A DNA stretch of 64,000 nt from Selaginella moellendorffii (Eukaryota; Plantae; Lycopodiophyta). The stretch lies in NCBI RefSeq assembly GCF_000143415.4, contig NW_003314380.1:289227-353226 (forward strand), in the 5' to 3' direction. Under the pieces are notes generated by a model. It was not told where the DNA came from. It did not search any database and worked only from the letters and a program-made list of their open reading frames with translations. How positions within the stretch are numbered: position 1 is the stretch's first letter; the number at the start of each line of letters is the position of its first letter. Shown piece after piece: positions 25,901 through 39,434 of this stretch. The position numbers and the translations under genes were made by a program.

Positions 25901-28900
25901 TTGGAACATGCCATATACAACAAGAAAGCTACCGATCTGCTTAAAATGTGGATACTGATAACGAGTCGTATGGTTCAAGATCTGCTGGATGACAAGATTC
26001 TCCACGTAAACTGGAAAGTGAGTGAAATTTCTTGCGTTAGAAAGCAGTCCCTGATACTTATCTTGCAGGATCAGGAGCTGAACACTTTGAGTGTGGAAAA
26101 GCTTCGACTTGAGAAAATGCTAAACGGGACAACAAATGTCTTAGACGTTCCTAGAAACGGAGAAGCCCGACGCCGGCTTCTATTCTTTGGCAACTCGTTG
26201 CTCATGAAAATGCCAAAGCCTCCATCGGTTGATCGAATGCTATCTTTCAGGTGCTTTTTACAGGCGTGTTCTCTTCAAAAAAAATTTAATATTCTTCTGC
26301 TTGCAGCGTTTTGACACCATATCTGAATGAGGAAGTTGTATATAGCACAAAGGACCTTCATAAGGAAAACAAAGATGGGATTACCACGCTATATTATCTC
26401 CAGCGTGTCTACCCAGGTATGTGAGCTGAATTATAGATAGCATGCTAGCATAGTGTTGCAGACGAATGGAAGAATTTTAACGAAAGGATGGAGAAGAAAA
26501 GCCTTTCCGAGCACGACAAGAGCGTCGAAATCGGACTTTGGGCTTCATATCGTAGCCAGACGTTGGCAAGGACGGGTAATTGCACATTCAATCACTTTGA
26601 TTGTTGATTTGTGCAGTATCTTTCGTATGCAGTTCGAGGAATGATGTATTATTATGATGCCTTGAAGTTTCAACGTACCGGGGGCGACGGTGATGAGTTA
26701 ATAGGTTGGTTAATCGACGATTTTCTTTTGGCAGCTACTTAAACTTGGATTGCACAGATTTCGTGGCTGCGCGAAAGTTCACGTATATTGTAGCTGCTCA
26801 AAGATACAGCGAATTTAAAAAAAGCAAAGACACTAACATAAAAAAAAAAGCAACTGACATCGAACTTTTGATGAACAAGTAAGTATTCAGCTGGACTTTA
26901 ATATCCATGATTTTGTGAACTAACATGAATTCTGTGATACAGGCATCCACTTTTAAGAGTGGCATATATCGACGAGGACGATGGGACGTATTCATCCAAG
27001 CTTGCAATGCTTGATGGGAAAGATATACAAGTAATACTTGATTGTCGCTTCTTTCTTATTTTTATTTATTTTTTTCTTTTTAGACAATATACAGCATTAA
27101 GCTTCCCGGTGATTTTCTCATCGGCGAGGGAAAGCCGGAAAACCAAAACCATGCCATCATCTTTACCCGTGGAGAAGCATTGCAAACAATTGACATGAAT
27201 CAAGTGACCTATGCAATAACTTAATCTTTACCGTTTTGATAATTGTTTCCGTCTAGGACAATTACTTTGAGGAGGCTTTGAAAATGCGAAACTTACTTGA
27301 GGAATTCCGCCCTCCCGACAAGAAACCGGACAGACAAGTGCCGACCATCTTGGGTGTCCGAGAGCATGTATTTACTGGAAGGTACTAAATCAAACTCGCA
27401 CTTGGAAAATTGATCTTATTTTCGCTTGCAGTGTTTCATCGCTAGCGTGGTTCATGTCCAATCAGGAAACCACCTTTGTTACTCTCTCCCAACGAGTCAT
27501 GGCAAATCCATTGAAGTAAGTCCTGCTTTACATTTCCCAACCTTCTACAATACTGTATGCAGGATACGAATGCACTACGGGCATCCAGATGTGTTTGATC
27601 GGATCTTTCACATAACCAGGGGTGGGATCAGCAAAGCCTCGAGAACCATCAACTTGAGTGAAGACATCTTTGCTGGTAAGTCACACCTCTGCTCGGTGTG
27701 AACTAATCGAGCGCAAATGTAGGATACAATTCTACACTCAGAGGTGGCATGGTGACCCATCACGAATATATTCAAGTTGGTAAAGGTCGGGACCTGGGGC
27801 TGAATCAAATATCAGCATTTGAGGCCAAAGTCTCGAGCGGAAATGGCGAGCAGATCCTCAGCAGGGACGTCTACCGCTTGGCACGATTCTTTGATTTCTG
27901 GAGAATGCTGTCGTTTTACTATACATCTGTTGGGTTCTATATATCTACAGCGGTAAGCATGAATTCAAATCATTGTAAACTTGGACTTTTTTCTTTTTTC
28001 TTTTTTCTTTTTCTACAGATGATAGTCGTGGCACTTTATGCATACTTGTATGGGAAAGTTTACATGGTAGTCCTAAACTTCCCAACTTCACGTAATAGTT
28101 CTGTGTCTTCTTGTGAAGGTTCTGTCGGGGGTGGAAAAAGATATGCTGACAAAGGCTAGGATAGAAGGCAACAACGCACTGGAATCAGTGCTTGCAACGC
28201 AAGCGATTTTTCAGTATGGGTTCTTAAACTGCGCTCCCATGGTCACGGGCTACATTTTGGAGCAAGGCTTTATCAAGGTGATGTTTTCCAAGTTTACAAG
28301 GAATGTCTCACAAGCTCAGTTTTTATTCACTTTCAGGCTCTACAGTACTTCATTCTCATGTGGCTCCTGGGCTCGTTTATTTTCTTTGCTTTCTCGTTGG
28401 CCACAAGAACACACTACTTTGGTAGGACGATACTCCATGGAGGTGCAATGGCAAGTGAAGAAAGAATTAACTTCGAAGCTCCTCTAAACCATGGATGTTG
28501 TGTGTCAGTATCGCAGCACTGGGCGTGGATTTGTCATTGAGCACGTCCATTTTGCTGAGAACTATCGCTTCTACTCGCGCAGCCATTTTGTCAAAGGGTA
28601 AGTCTTTTATGTCCTCGTTCGAAGCTAATCCCCGTGTAGTTTGGAGATAGCAATGCTGTTGTTCGTCTACGTGGTATATGGAGCACAACGGACAAGAAAA
28701 GGATACGTTCTACTGGCTCTGGACATCGGTTTCCTTGCCATATGCTGGCTCTACGCCCCGTTTTTCTTCAATCCACTCAGCTTTGAGTGGCAAAAGTAAG
28801 TTAGTCTGATGGCGTTGTTTGCACGAATGATAAATTCTTCTTTTCCAGGACTGTGGACGACATAACCAACTGGAATAACTGGCTTACAAACAAGAGCCAT

Positions 28901-29841
28901 TCCGCCCCGGATTACGAGAGCTGGGCCACCTGGTGGGAAAAACAGGTAGAAGAAAAGTTATCCAACTTGAAAACTACTAGTTTCGTGTTTCTCTTGTTCT
29001 TTCTGCTAGACGGATTTGAGGGGCTTCCGAGCTAGAGCCGTGGAATGCATCCTGAGCTTACGCTTCTTCCTTATCCAGTTTGGAGTGGCTTATCACCTCA
29101 GGTCGGGTGTCGGAACAATCTCTCTGCTGGTAAAAGCTGTGTTTTCGTCTTTAAAAGCATGCACAAACAAGAGAGCTTGTGCTGTCAGGTGTACGCAAGT
29201 TCATGGGTGTTGTTCGTTTGCATAGGCTTGCTAGTGGCGGTAAGCTCCAAACCCAGCCAGCTCTCACGCTAATCAAACGTTTTTCTCTTTTGTAGTTCCT
29301 GTCACTCAGCCCAAGGAGCAGTAACAAGCTCCGCTTTGTTCACTTCCTTGCATTCATAGTTCTTCTCGCTGCCTTCATCACCGGATGCGTCTTCACGCTG
29401 AGGCTCCAAGTCCTGGATGTTATAGCGAGCATCCTAGCTCTCATTCCCACCGGCTGGGGGATTCTCAGCGTAAGCTTTGTGTAGCTTCCTTCCAATCCAT
29501 TATCACCTCCAACTCTTTCTTCACAGATTGGCATAGCTTGCAAGCCATGGCTCAGGAAGGCGAGGCTGTGGTGGCTCATGTCCGTCTGGGCCTGGAGCTA
29601 CGACGTCGGCATGGGCTACGTGATCTTCGCTCCCATCATCTTCCTCTCGTGGTTCCCATTTATCTCTCCACTCCACACGCGCATTCTCTTCAACCAAGCT
29701 TTTAGCCGCGGGCTCGAGATATCTGTCCTACTGTCAACCCCCATAACCACCACAACAGAAGAAACCATCGGAAGAAGACAGAAGGAACCATCGGAAGAAG
29801 ACAGAAGAAGAAGCTTGAACATACATACTGGGAATTTATGA
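22993..29841 (+). CDS. Divergent callose synthase lacking the N-terminal ~200 aa, many exons
   Basis: DILDYL..CKFQ|EDNVRNQREH at about aa 65-90; [21 protein letters not shown]; [10 protein letters not shown]; [10 protein letters not shown]; SEDIFAG; HHEYIQVGKGRDLGLNQ; EQILSRD; [12 protein letters not shown] with an extended C-tail. GT-AG introns of about 45-60 bp. Confidence 0.95.
23979..24068 (+). repeat. In-frame 3 x 30-bp tandem repeat in the divergent CalS
   Basis: Encodes EKWQHKQKVE / EKQRHKKKVE / EKWPHKKKVN, immediately before the conserved NFIEHRTF motif. Confidence 0.9.
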
Positions 29842-29981
29842 TATTACAATGGACCTTTTGAGGCTTTCACTGTGGCAGCTATCCGGCAATAATATCCTGT
29901 CAAAACTATATGGCTATTAGCACGAACAATGCTAACAAGCCATCCACACTCACTTGGATGATGGTAGAGCTCCTTTTCTTT

Positions 29982-32900
29982 TCATAATCTTTGGTCGCCG
30001 GCTATCTTTGTTCCTTTTTCCTGTACAATAGCAGCGCTACTAGCCGGGTGTCCCCCAACTGTTATAGAGTCGCTTTATTCCAGGACGAATCGCTCGTATT
30101 TTCACCAGGGCAGAAGTTTGTATCTGTAAGGAACAGCTTTAGCGAAAAGAAGAGCAATAAAGTTAAAGTCGGCACACCTTTGGGCAGTTCCGAAGGTCTA
30201 AAGTCTCCAGCAAACTGCAATCTCTTATGGCTTCTTCCAGCTCGCCTTCCTCGATTCCAGATGCCTACAAGCGAGGAGGTGAGATGAAAAGAGCTTTTTT
30301 TTTTGGGCGTAAGAAAACTAAGTACCTGCAAACACAGGCTCACGAGCTTGGGACAATCCAGTTTAAGATCCATGAGCGACAGGCAGTTACTAAAAGAACA
30401 AAGTGTTAGAGGGCAAAGGTGATAGGCGAATGCGATCCACATACCTCAAGTTCAAAGCTATCAAGTTCGTGCACGCCAGTCGTACCTCCTTTATGTTGGT
30501 GGACAAGGAGAGGTTCAGAATCGAAAGATGGAGGCAACCAGCCGATGACGGAATGAAAACTCTCTTGATGTTGGGGCACCCGACGCAGTTCAAAGTCTGC
30601 AAGCACCTCTCCGCTGAAACTTCCATTGGCTGTTCTTCACGGTCAGCATCGTGCATATGGGTATCCTCCTCGGTGCTTGCAGACGGCCACTCGATGTCAA
30701 ACACGTTGGAGCAGCCATTGAGACTGACGTGTTTGAGGTGGGGACATTCCGACAGCAGCCCGTCGATTGCATTCCGGTCAAGGCTCCCATACGAAAGATC
30801 GAGTTCTTGCAGATCCGGAAGTAGTTTTCCACCATGCAAGGCGACCAAAGCGTCGTTGGCGAGGTATTTACACGCAGAGAGCCTCAAGACCTGGACAAAA
30901 AAAAATTAACACCCAACAATTTTCCGAAGATAATCACTAACCTCCAACTGAGGACATGCTTCGTAGATGGGAGACAAGTCGGTCAAAAATGTGTAAGAGA
31001 GGTCCAAAACTGTTAAGCCTGGCAACTGCTTCAAGGCTAGCAAACCACTTGGTCCCACGGAAGGGCATGACGCCAGAACAAGGGACTGTATAAGCGAGCA
31101 TGCATTGCTCGTGGCCGCAAGACAGTCATCTCCTAGTTGGCTGCACAGTACAGCATCAGTAACAACCAAGTAACGTACGTGTTATCAGATCAAACCTGCA
31201 GTACGAAGCATCTAAAGACAGGAGAGACGGGCAAATGATTTCCGCCTGGCGAAGAATTCCACACCCCCTGAGATCAAGAGCCACCATCTGATCCGCTCTG
31301 ATCACAAGTGTTTTCAGGTGGGGACAGATTCCAAGATTTAAGGATCTCAATCCGACCTGCCACAACACAGTCGCATCTAAGTCATCAATTACCCAACCAA
31401 GAAAACATACCGGTTTTAAGCTTGCCCGACTGAGATGGTCACATCCATCTAACAGCAAGCGTTGAAGCTCTGGACACTGAAGATCGATAGAGGAAACTGT
31501 TCGGCAGCCAGCAAGAGATAAATAAAGTAACGATGAGCTCGATAACCTTATAGCCGTTAGACCCTGCACAGCGTACTCATGTGCACTTGCCATTTCGCGA
31601 AACAGAAAGGACATACCTCACAGCTGTCGAGGATAAGTGATCTCAATCGCGGGCATCCGCCCCCATTACTGAAGACTTCGCATAAAGAGTTCGAAAGCGA
31701 GTCACAGTCTGTCAAGTCGACCTCGTGCAAGGATGGGCATTGCAAAAGTATGGTCGCCAGGTTTTGTTGTTGATTTAGAACTAGCTTCTGTTAGAAAATG
31801 TATATAGAATGTAAGTAATTTATAAACAATTAGCCGACACTTTACCTGAAGGCTACTCGAACTTATATCAATTCTGTTGAGCATTGGACACTTTGTGACA
31901 TCGATCGATGTCAGAGCTGGCGAACGAAGAGCAAGCTCTGAAAACCTGATCCAAGTGAAAGATGCCAAAAAGTGAGAGGGACCATAAAACAAAAGAGCAC
32001 TTACTTCCGACAGTTTGTCAAACTGATCTTCTTTAGGCGCGGTAAGTCTAGCGATACCGTCGTCAGCAACCAGCAAAAATCAAGAAGAAGTTCCTGCAAG
32101 AGAAGGACTAAAGTTAACAGGGTGCAAAGTCCATCCTTGGCTTACTTCGAGCATGTAACAATGAGAGATGGCCGTCATAGACGAGGAATTGATTCCTTCG
32201 CAATTGACAAGAGTCAAAGAAACGAGCACTGGCATCCGAACACCCTGCAAATCGGGCTCAGAATTCAATCCGCAAACTTACAACTATCATGCTTACTTCA
32301 AGAGAAATGTTAGGACAATTTGAAGCATCAAGGGACCTCAAGTTTGAGCACGCAATAGCAATCTCTCGCAGAGTTTCATCACTGACATAAGAGCAATGAG
32401 ATATATCCAGCTCCGACAAAAGAGGACAGGTTGTCGCTGCTGCTCTCACTCCAGTATCAGAAAGCTTATGGCATGACGATATATCAAGACGCAAGAGTCG
32501 AGGACAGTGAAGCATTACAGCAGCTGTGCCTGTGCGTCTTAGAGACAACCCTTGCAAATGTGAACCTCTGCAAACGAGACATAAGGTTACGGACCAAGAA
32601 CTTGAACATTTAGCAATGTACCTACCGGACATGAACTCGTAAAACTCGGCATTTTACAATATCGAGTTTTAGCAAGTGGTCATGACGGATCTGTATCTCT
32701 TGAGAAGCTCCACTGCCTAAGACTGCGTCTGAAATACTCAAAGTTCTCAAACTAGCGCATTCGGCCGATAAAGCGTGAAAGAACGGATCACCATATAACC
32801 CCTCTCCCAAGCTAAGAACCTGCAATGCTCTGAAATTCAAAGAAAAAACAGGGATGAGTGCATGAAAAAGTAATCACTTGAATTACTCGTCACCTGAGGC

Positions 32901-33972
32901 TCCGGATTGCGTCAAGCGCAAGTAGATCCTCCACAATTTTACATTTCAGGTTTAGCTCGATTGCGTTGGGATACCTTTGGCATAAGTTTCTCACTGCAGG
33001 AGATTTTGTAAGAAACAATTGCAACAATGATGCGGTCACCTTGCTTCGGAGTCACCCGTCGGCCTTCAAAATTCAAAATCTTCCAAAAGTCCTCGTGCGC
33101 ACTTGCGACACGCCATTGCCGACAAACTATTGCCGCACGACACAAAGAGACGTCGTCCAGATAAGAGAAAACCTGCACAGTTTCAACAGGTATTCTAGCT
33201 CCACATCAATAAACAACCGGTACCTTGTGAAGCAAATCATCTGTGAGATCCATCCTAGCCTCTCCAGCAAAAGGTTCTTCTGGCTCCACCTCCCGGGGCG
33301 CGATGGGAACGATTTTCTCTTCCTCCTCTGCGATAGACATCTCCCTGCGAAGCTCCTGGATCTGTAGCTCAAAAGCCTGCGTCTCTCGAGTCTTCCTACG
33401 CCTGCAGTGGTGTCATAAAAAATCCAAAAGGAATTTATGGAAGGTAAAACCACCAAGACTTACGCAGCAAAAGTAACAAGCTTCGTCCTCTTGGAAAGCT
33501 TGTGTAGCTGGGACTTGTTAGCTCCCGGAGGCGCTAGCAAAAAACACTGCTGCTCGGTCTCAGGAGTATCCTCTTCCATGATCCTCAGTGCCTCGGCCTG
33601 ATTGCGAAGCCCCCGCCCAAGCTCCGAGATAATCTCCGCCGCGATCCTGGAACCATCTACATCCCCAAACCCAAACCCCAGAGACAGGGAATCCGAGCAA
33701 GCCTTCAACGCAGCACTGCTCTGGTACCCCCTGAGTGATTCGCCAGCGCCAGCGGCAGTGGAGCTCGTTCCAATGTCCTCACTGCCGCTAATGCCGCTGG
33801 AGCTGCGAGCTAGACCTTTCCCTCTCAGGATCCGGCGCTCCTGTTGTTCCAACTCGGGCATGGAGGAATGGGGCTCATTCTCCAGCCCTCTCGCCGCCCA
33901 CTCGTCGCCGCCGTTGTTGCTGCTGCTGCTGCTGCTGCTGTTGCCGCTGCTGCTGCCGGAAATCTCCTCCAT
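29982..33972 (-). CDS. FBL15: F-box/LRR protein 15 (SLOMO-like)
   Basis: F-box MDLTDDLLHK|VFSYLDDVSLCRAAIVCRQWRVASAHEDFW; many Cys-containing LRRs (CPRLLRLDISSCHKLSD, CEVFSNGGGCPRLRSLILDSCE). ATG placed at 33972, after a likely 5'UTR intron. Confidence 0.93.
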
Positions 33973-34067
33973 TTCGAGCGCGCATTCCTGGTAATCCACG
34001 CGATGCGCCGGCGCCGTGCTCTCGGGCTCGCACGCTTACCTCGATTGTGAGCTCCACTCGCACGCAC

Positions 34068-34076
34068 AAACCCTAA
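34068..34076. promoter_or_regulatory. Telo-box AAACCCTAA in the FBL15 5' region
   Basis: Exact motif about 100 bp upstream of the ATG. Confidence 0.4.
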
Positions 34077-34346
34077 TTTTATTTCAGACCTAGGCCAAAA
34101 CTCTCTCCAGCTCACTGCGATAATAAAAGGGGTAAAATAACTGCAATGCATTTTTATCTTTCCTCCTGCCGTACATATATTTCTTTATCCATTGGACAAA
34201 ATGCAAAGGTTAATTCTGATAGACATATTTGCCCTAAACCTGGCACACGAAACACGTGCTTGGATACGCCATATCTCCCCCTGCTCGTATTCCCTTTCTC
34301 CAGTAAAAAGTCAAATAAAAGGTATGTACGTTTTTCAAGGTCTGGT

Positions 34347-35367
34347 TTAAACTACGCTTATTGGCTCCGAAGTGGGGGCAAGCTTCTCCAGATTAGGCGG
34401 GGCCACTAAGTTGGCGGAGCCGAGGCTTAGCCTCGTCAGGTCCTCCGGTCCTTCCTCCAGTGCTAAGGTTTTAGCAGGGGTTTTGGGCTTAGGCCCCGCT
34501 AACTTATCCGCCGCTGGATTTGGCGATGTGGATATACACAGCCACTGTCGCGGATTTTCCACGGAGGATGACGAAATGCTCTCCTCCTGGGGCGCGAGCG
34601 GTGGAAGATGCCTTTGGAATCTGGGAGATTCCCTTGGATCCGAGCTCGTTGCATCGTCCATTGCCTGCTTGCCACGAAGATTTCTCCGGGGATTACAATC
34701 CGCCTGTCCTTGTTCCAAGGTCAGTGGAAGAACAAGTGGATGCTTCTTCTTACCTCTGGGGAGATGTCAAACAAGCTGGAGCGGCGCTTGCGCTTGGTGA
34801 GATTGCTCTGGCGGATGAAATACTTCTGCGCGTGGCTCGCGACCTGCGTCGGCGTCCTGCTCGTCACGTAATTCCTCGAGATCCCCCGCCAATCTCCTTT
34901 CCCCAGGGCGTGGAGACCCACCAAGAACAGCCGGTGTTCTTCCTCCCTCCACGGAACACCTGGAAAATTTCCAGAGAGATTCAGCCAATTGCGATGTGGA
35001 CGACGTGAATTGAGGAGGATTGGAAGCGACCCAAGCCGAGAGATCGCGAGAATGGGCGAGAATTGGGCTGCAATTTACCTTTCTTCCTCGCTCTCGCGTA
35101 GCTCGACGCCTGGACGAGCCCATCCGAGGCGTAGCCATCGCCGCCCGACTCAGATTGCTCCGACGCGACCGCGGAGCTGCTCGTCGGCGTCGCGATTGCT
35201 TGCATTGTCACCAAATTCCCCGCGCTGGCGCTCCTCCGCATCGCTACGCCGCTCGCGCCGTCCGTGGCCTTCATCGTGAGCCTCACGCCAAACAACCGGA
35301 TGCCGCGATCCGGACACGTCCTCGAGTTGTGGCCATTGTGGCCACAATGCGAGCACCTCCGCGCCAT
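34347..35367 (-). CDS. 1R-MYB transcription factor (CCHC knuckle plus SHAQKYF MYB; MYBS3/KUA1/MYBH type)
   Basis: [18 protein letters not shown]; IRLFGVRL; [10 protein letters not shown]; GYASDG; RARKKG|[45 protein letters not shown]; [10 protein letters not shown]. One intron. Confidence 0.95.
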
Positions 35368-35634
35368 CCTGATCGATTGCCAGTTCTTCCCACACAAGAG
35401 AAACTTCTCCACAAATCTGGAATCTTAACCGCGGAGAGTGTGAGGGGAAAAAGAAGAAGAAGAATGACCCAATGCCCTCGCTGCAATGGCCAAGCACGCA
35501 GGTAGATCTGGGGCCGGTTAGCTGACAAGGCACCGACCATGATCCGACGGTCCAGATTCATCGTCAATTCCTCCGCGGAAATGTTCTATCTCTGTGAAAA
35601 TGTAGCCTAAAATCTCAGGGTTTCCATCCTCGCG

Positions 35635-38600
35635 ATGGAGGACGAGGTGATCTTGGAGCTCCGCGACAGCGATTGCGACGAGGGAGGAGCTGCGATTCAC
35701 GTTGCGGCGATGGAGAGGGGGGATTGGATTCCGCTGCTTCTCGCGAGGAAGTGCAAGGTTTTCTTGCGTGCGTCCAGGGTCATGTACGTTTGCGAGTCGA
35801 GATATTCGCTCCTGCTAACGTAGGGTCTACAGGTTATCGGAGCGATCCAGCTATTTTCGATCGCTCTTCAGCAATTTCAGGTTCTTGTCTATCGCTCGAC
35901 TCGGGATTTCGGTTATCCTTTTCGTTTTCAGGGAGGCCCATAGTGATCACGTTGTTGTGACTTGGAATTTGGAAGTTCTAGCCAACATTTTGCAAGGAAT
36001 TCTATTCGAGCGCCTCGACGTAGCTCCTTGCAGCGTCGCAGACTTGCTTGAGGTAAAAACCATCGCAAGTATAGCTTCTTCTTTTCATCTCTTTGCTCTT
36101 TGCATGCAGGGCGCCACATTTTTTGGCTGCGATTCTATTATTTCTGAGTGTCAAGTTTGGATTGCTTCTGACATGCTCTCGTGTTCTCGAGACAACCAAG
36201 ATGTTTTGCAGTACGTTCCTCGTCTCTGGAAAGTTGCCACTGAAACAGGTTTGTTTCTTAGTATCTGAAATCACAAGGAAACCTGTGGTATGCATTCAGG
36301 AGTCCCTACTATTGCCAGTGCTTGCGCGCGCTACCTCGCAATCAACTTTGTAAGTAAACCCTTTAACTTTGTTTGCTCTCTTTATAGAAGTAACTTGGTC
36401 CAGCGGCAGTGACTTCAGGAAGATGCGGGCTCTGGTGAATTCCTCGAAAACATTCCACTTTTACTTTTTCAAGCTGCTGTAAACCATCCATTTCTCACCA
36501 TATCCAGGTGCGGTTGTTTACAAAGCTATGTCTTGTGGCCAACAACAATCTCTTTTACAGCGAGAGAAACCTTTTCCAGGCTATCTTACGCAGGTGTAGC
36601 TTTGAAACAAGGGATTGCGCACTCGAGCTAATAAGCAAGGTTGCACATTATATACCTTCTGTATGAACTCATTTCTAAAATCATTTACCGAGACAGGTCA
36701 GAATGCATTGGGTGCCGGTGGACTTTCTAGCAGGTCGGTGGATCCATAATACGTGTCTTTTCTTCTTTCTTACACTTCTCTACCTATCCAGCTCAGTCGG
36801 ATAACTCATTATTGAACTCCCACAATCGTGACCTTCCTTTGGAACCTCCTGAAATAAAATCCGCGGGCCTTCGGCTTTCTCAATACACAAAGGTCAGATA
36901 TTTGTTTTTGTGCTTTCTTGTGATTTATTTTATTCTTTTCTTGATAGATTTTGGATCTTACTGGATGCCAGCAAGTTACAGACGTGATATTGTTCGACTC
37001 GGTTCTTTGTTCGCCTATAAATGTTGAAGGAGAGTACATACTGCATTCATTCCTGAACAGTTCTTCTCGATATTCAAACTCTTCTGCATCTGGTCCGTTC
37101 CTCAATCACCTGGTCAGCCTGTATCCTCTTCAAGAAGAGAGAACGCAATTTGAGCTAATGCAACTTCCAAGCGTATCAGAAGAAGTTAACAAACCAGATA
37201 GATCCGGTATTCCACTTTTGAACAGCCTTCGAGTTTTGCTTCTCGGTAAGTGCTGGAGAGTAAGACCAGAGGAGCTATTTCTATGGATAAAGACGACGTG
37301 CTCAAGCCTGCAACAGTTGAACTTGTCGCAGTGTCCTCAATTTTCGGCTTTTTTCCTATCTCATTTGGCTTCGGCTTGCCCTTTTATTGAGGTAGCGGAC
37401 TTTTCTCGAGATTTAAGCGTTATCCACCTTGCGACCGTGAAGAAGCCTTGTACTGGAAAACTGTTGACGACTTCGTACAAGAAAGGTTCATGGGACACTC
37501 ATCGTTATTTAGTCGAACTTCATCTTACGGGCCATACTGAGCTCAAAGGTCCGTCTTCTGAGTATACTCCTTTTTGCTAATTTGCTTTGCATCACAGATT
37601 CCGAGTTATCTTTGATATCGAAAAAGTGTCCAAGTATATCTGCAATCTCATTAAGTGGATGCAGTAATCTCAGTGACTCGGGCATTGCAAAGTTTTTGCA
37701 AAGCCATCCAAAACTGCGGTTGCTCCGAGCTGCTATCACCGCATTTGGATTTCAATCTGTATGTGCATTACTGGCGGCTTCTGATCAAGAATGTAACCTG
37801 GAAGTATTGGACCTTGCCTACTGTACAGGTTTGCTGATCTCTTTCATGTGTTTAACCGAAGAAAATTCAACTCACAAAACTACAGGATTGTCTGCTGGAG
37901 CTCTTGTTCGTCTGCTGACACGAATATCCAGTTTCTTAAGCCTATCGCTTTGTTACACGAACCTCATTGATGATGGCCTCTTTCTGTCTTGTGGAACCTC
38001 TCTGGAAACTTTAAATATACGAGGAACGCAGGTAAAGGATTGCCTAAGCTGTTTTTTTTCAAGAATCTCTTAAAATGCTAGCAATGCAGGTTACTGGAGC
38101 GGCTATATCATACACAATCAGAAAAAATTTTAAACTTACAAGTCTGAACTTCAGAGACTGTAGAGGAGCATTTTCGTATGAAGGTTTGAAAGAGGAAAAA
38201 CTGGATCTTCGTAGGTTGAAAGCCGGGTGGGGTGTGGCACACATTCTGGCAAACGCAAAACTTCCCTTTTTACAAACACTTCACCTGGGACTCGGAGCAC
38301 AGATTACCAGCACATTTCTTCGTGAGCTTCCCAGTCGTTGTCCACAGTTACAACATCTTTCTCTGTCTCTCCAGGTAAGATCAGTTGTTTGCGTTATCTA
38401 TTTACTTACGGTTTTCTCCATAATTGCAGGACCTTTTAGATGACGAATTAAATCATGCAATAGCGAAGTTACCATTCTTGACTACGCTGAAACTGCGTCA
38501 TACTTTGCAGCCATTGTCGGGAAAGTTTTTGGAATCTTTAACTTCCAATCTTGTCTCTCTGAAGCTTGAAGATGTTTGCCCTTCGCTTACAAATGCTCAA

Positions 38601-39359
38601 CTTGCATCAGTTGCAACTTCTTGTAAAGGTCTGCGTCAACTGTCACTGACGGCGTGCCGTTGGCTTGATTCTGGTCTGTAAATTTTATTTTTCTTTGTAC
38701 TTCCACATAACAGTTTTCTTATTGTCAACAGGTGCTCTGAGCATAATTTGTAAAGCCTGGCCTGCACTTTCTGAACTTAAGCTGGAGGTTTAAATTAACA
38801 TCTAGAACCAACGTCTTAGCTGACGCTCTTTCTCTTATTTGCAGGATTGTGGCGAGGCTACAAGGGAAGGTGCCGCTGTCTTACTCTGCTTGTATGGACT
38901 CCAATCGTTGACATTACGTCATAATGTAAGATGGAAACGTTGGGAATGCCTTACTTAATTCGTTTGCTTTGAGCAGGGAGCTGGTCTGCCAAGGAACTTC
39001 ATAATGGATGCTTCGTATCAGGTACTTAAATCTGGGCGGAGGTAGCTGAAAAATCTCTAAGATATTCTATTTGCAGTTCCCACTGCTGAGATGCTTATCT
39101 CTGGACTCATGTGATACGTCAGGGCATTTCAACACGCCTCAGGTGAGTAAACTAGACACAGTATATAAAATCTTACATGCTTTTTCAATCCTAGGATGGA
39201 AACTGGAGATCCATTTCCACAATCAAGATAGCTTACTGCAGACATGTTCCTAGTGCATTTTGCTTTGAGGGAAGGGGACGAAGAGTCCACAGGCACACTG
39301 AGGTGATGGAACGAGGAGGCACCACGCTGCGTACATTCATAGTCAAAGAGAGGCTCTAG
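35635..39359 (+). CDS. FBL11: BTB/POZ-BACK plus LRR protein FBL11-like, multi-exon
   Basis: BTB-like region F|REAHSDHVVVTWN...LLEGATFFG; LDLTGCQQVTD; many LRRs (LQQLNLSQCPQ, ISLSGCSNLSDSG); C-terminus LRCLSLDSCD...IKIAYC...VHRHT...VKERL* resembles plant FBL11. Confidence 0.8.
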
Positions 39360-39434
39360 ACAAGCGTGTAATCCAGGTGCCTTTTGAAGAACATCATTCA
39401 CTTTTAGTTTCTAGTTCCTGGACTAACACCACGC

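Noticed and set aside
33973-33999. ORF-track start MDYQEC for FBL15
   Set aside because: It is a GTG inside a probable 5'UTR intron; the first ATG is at 33972.
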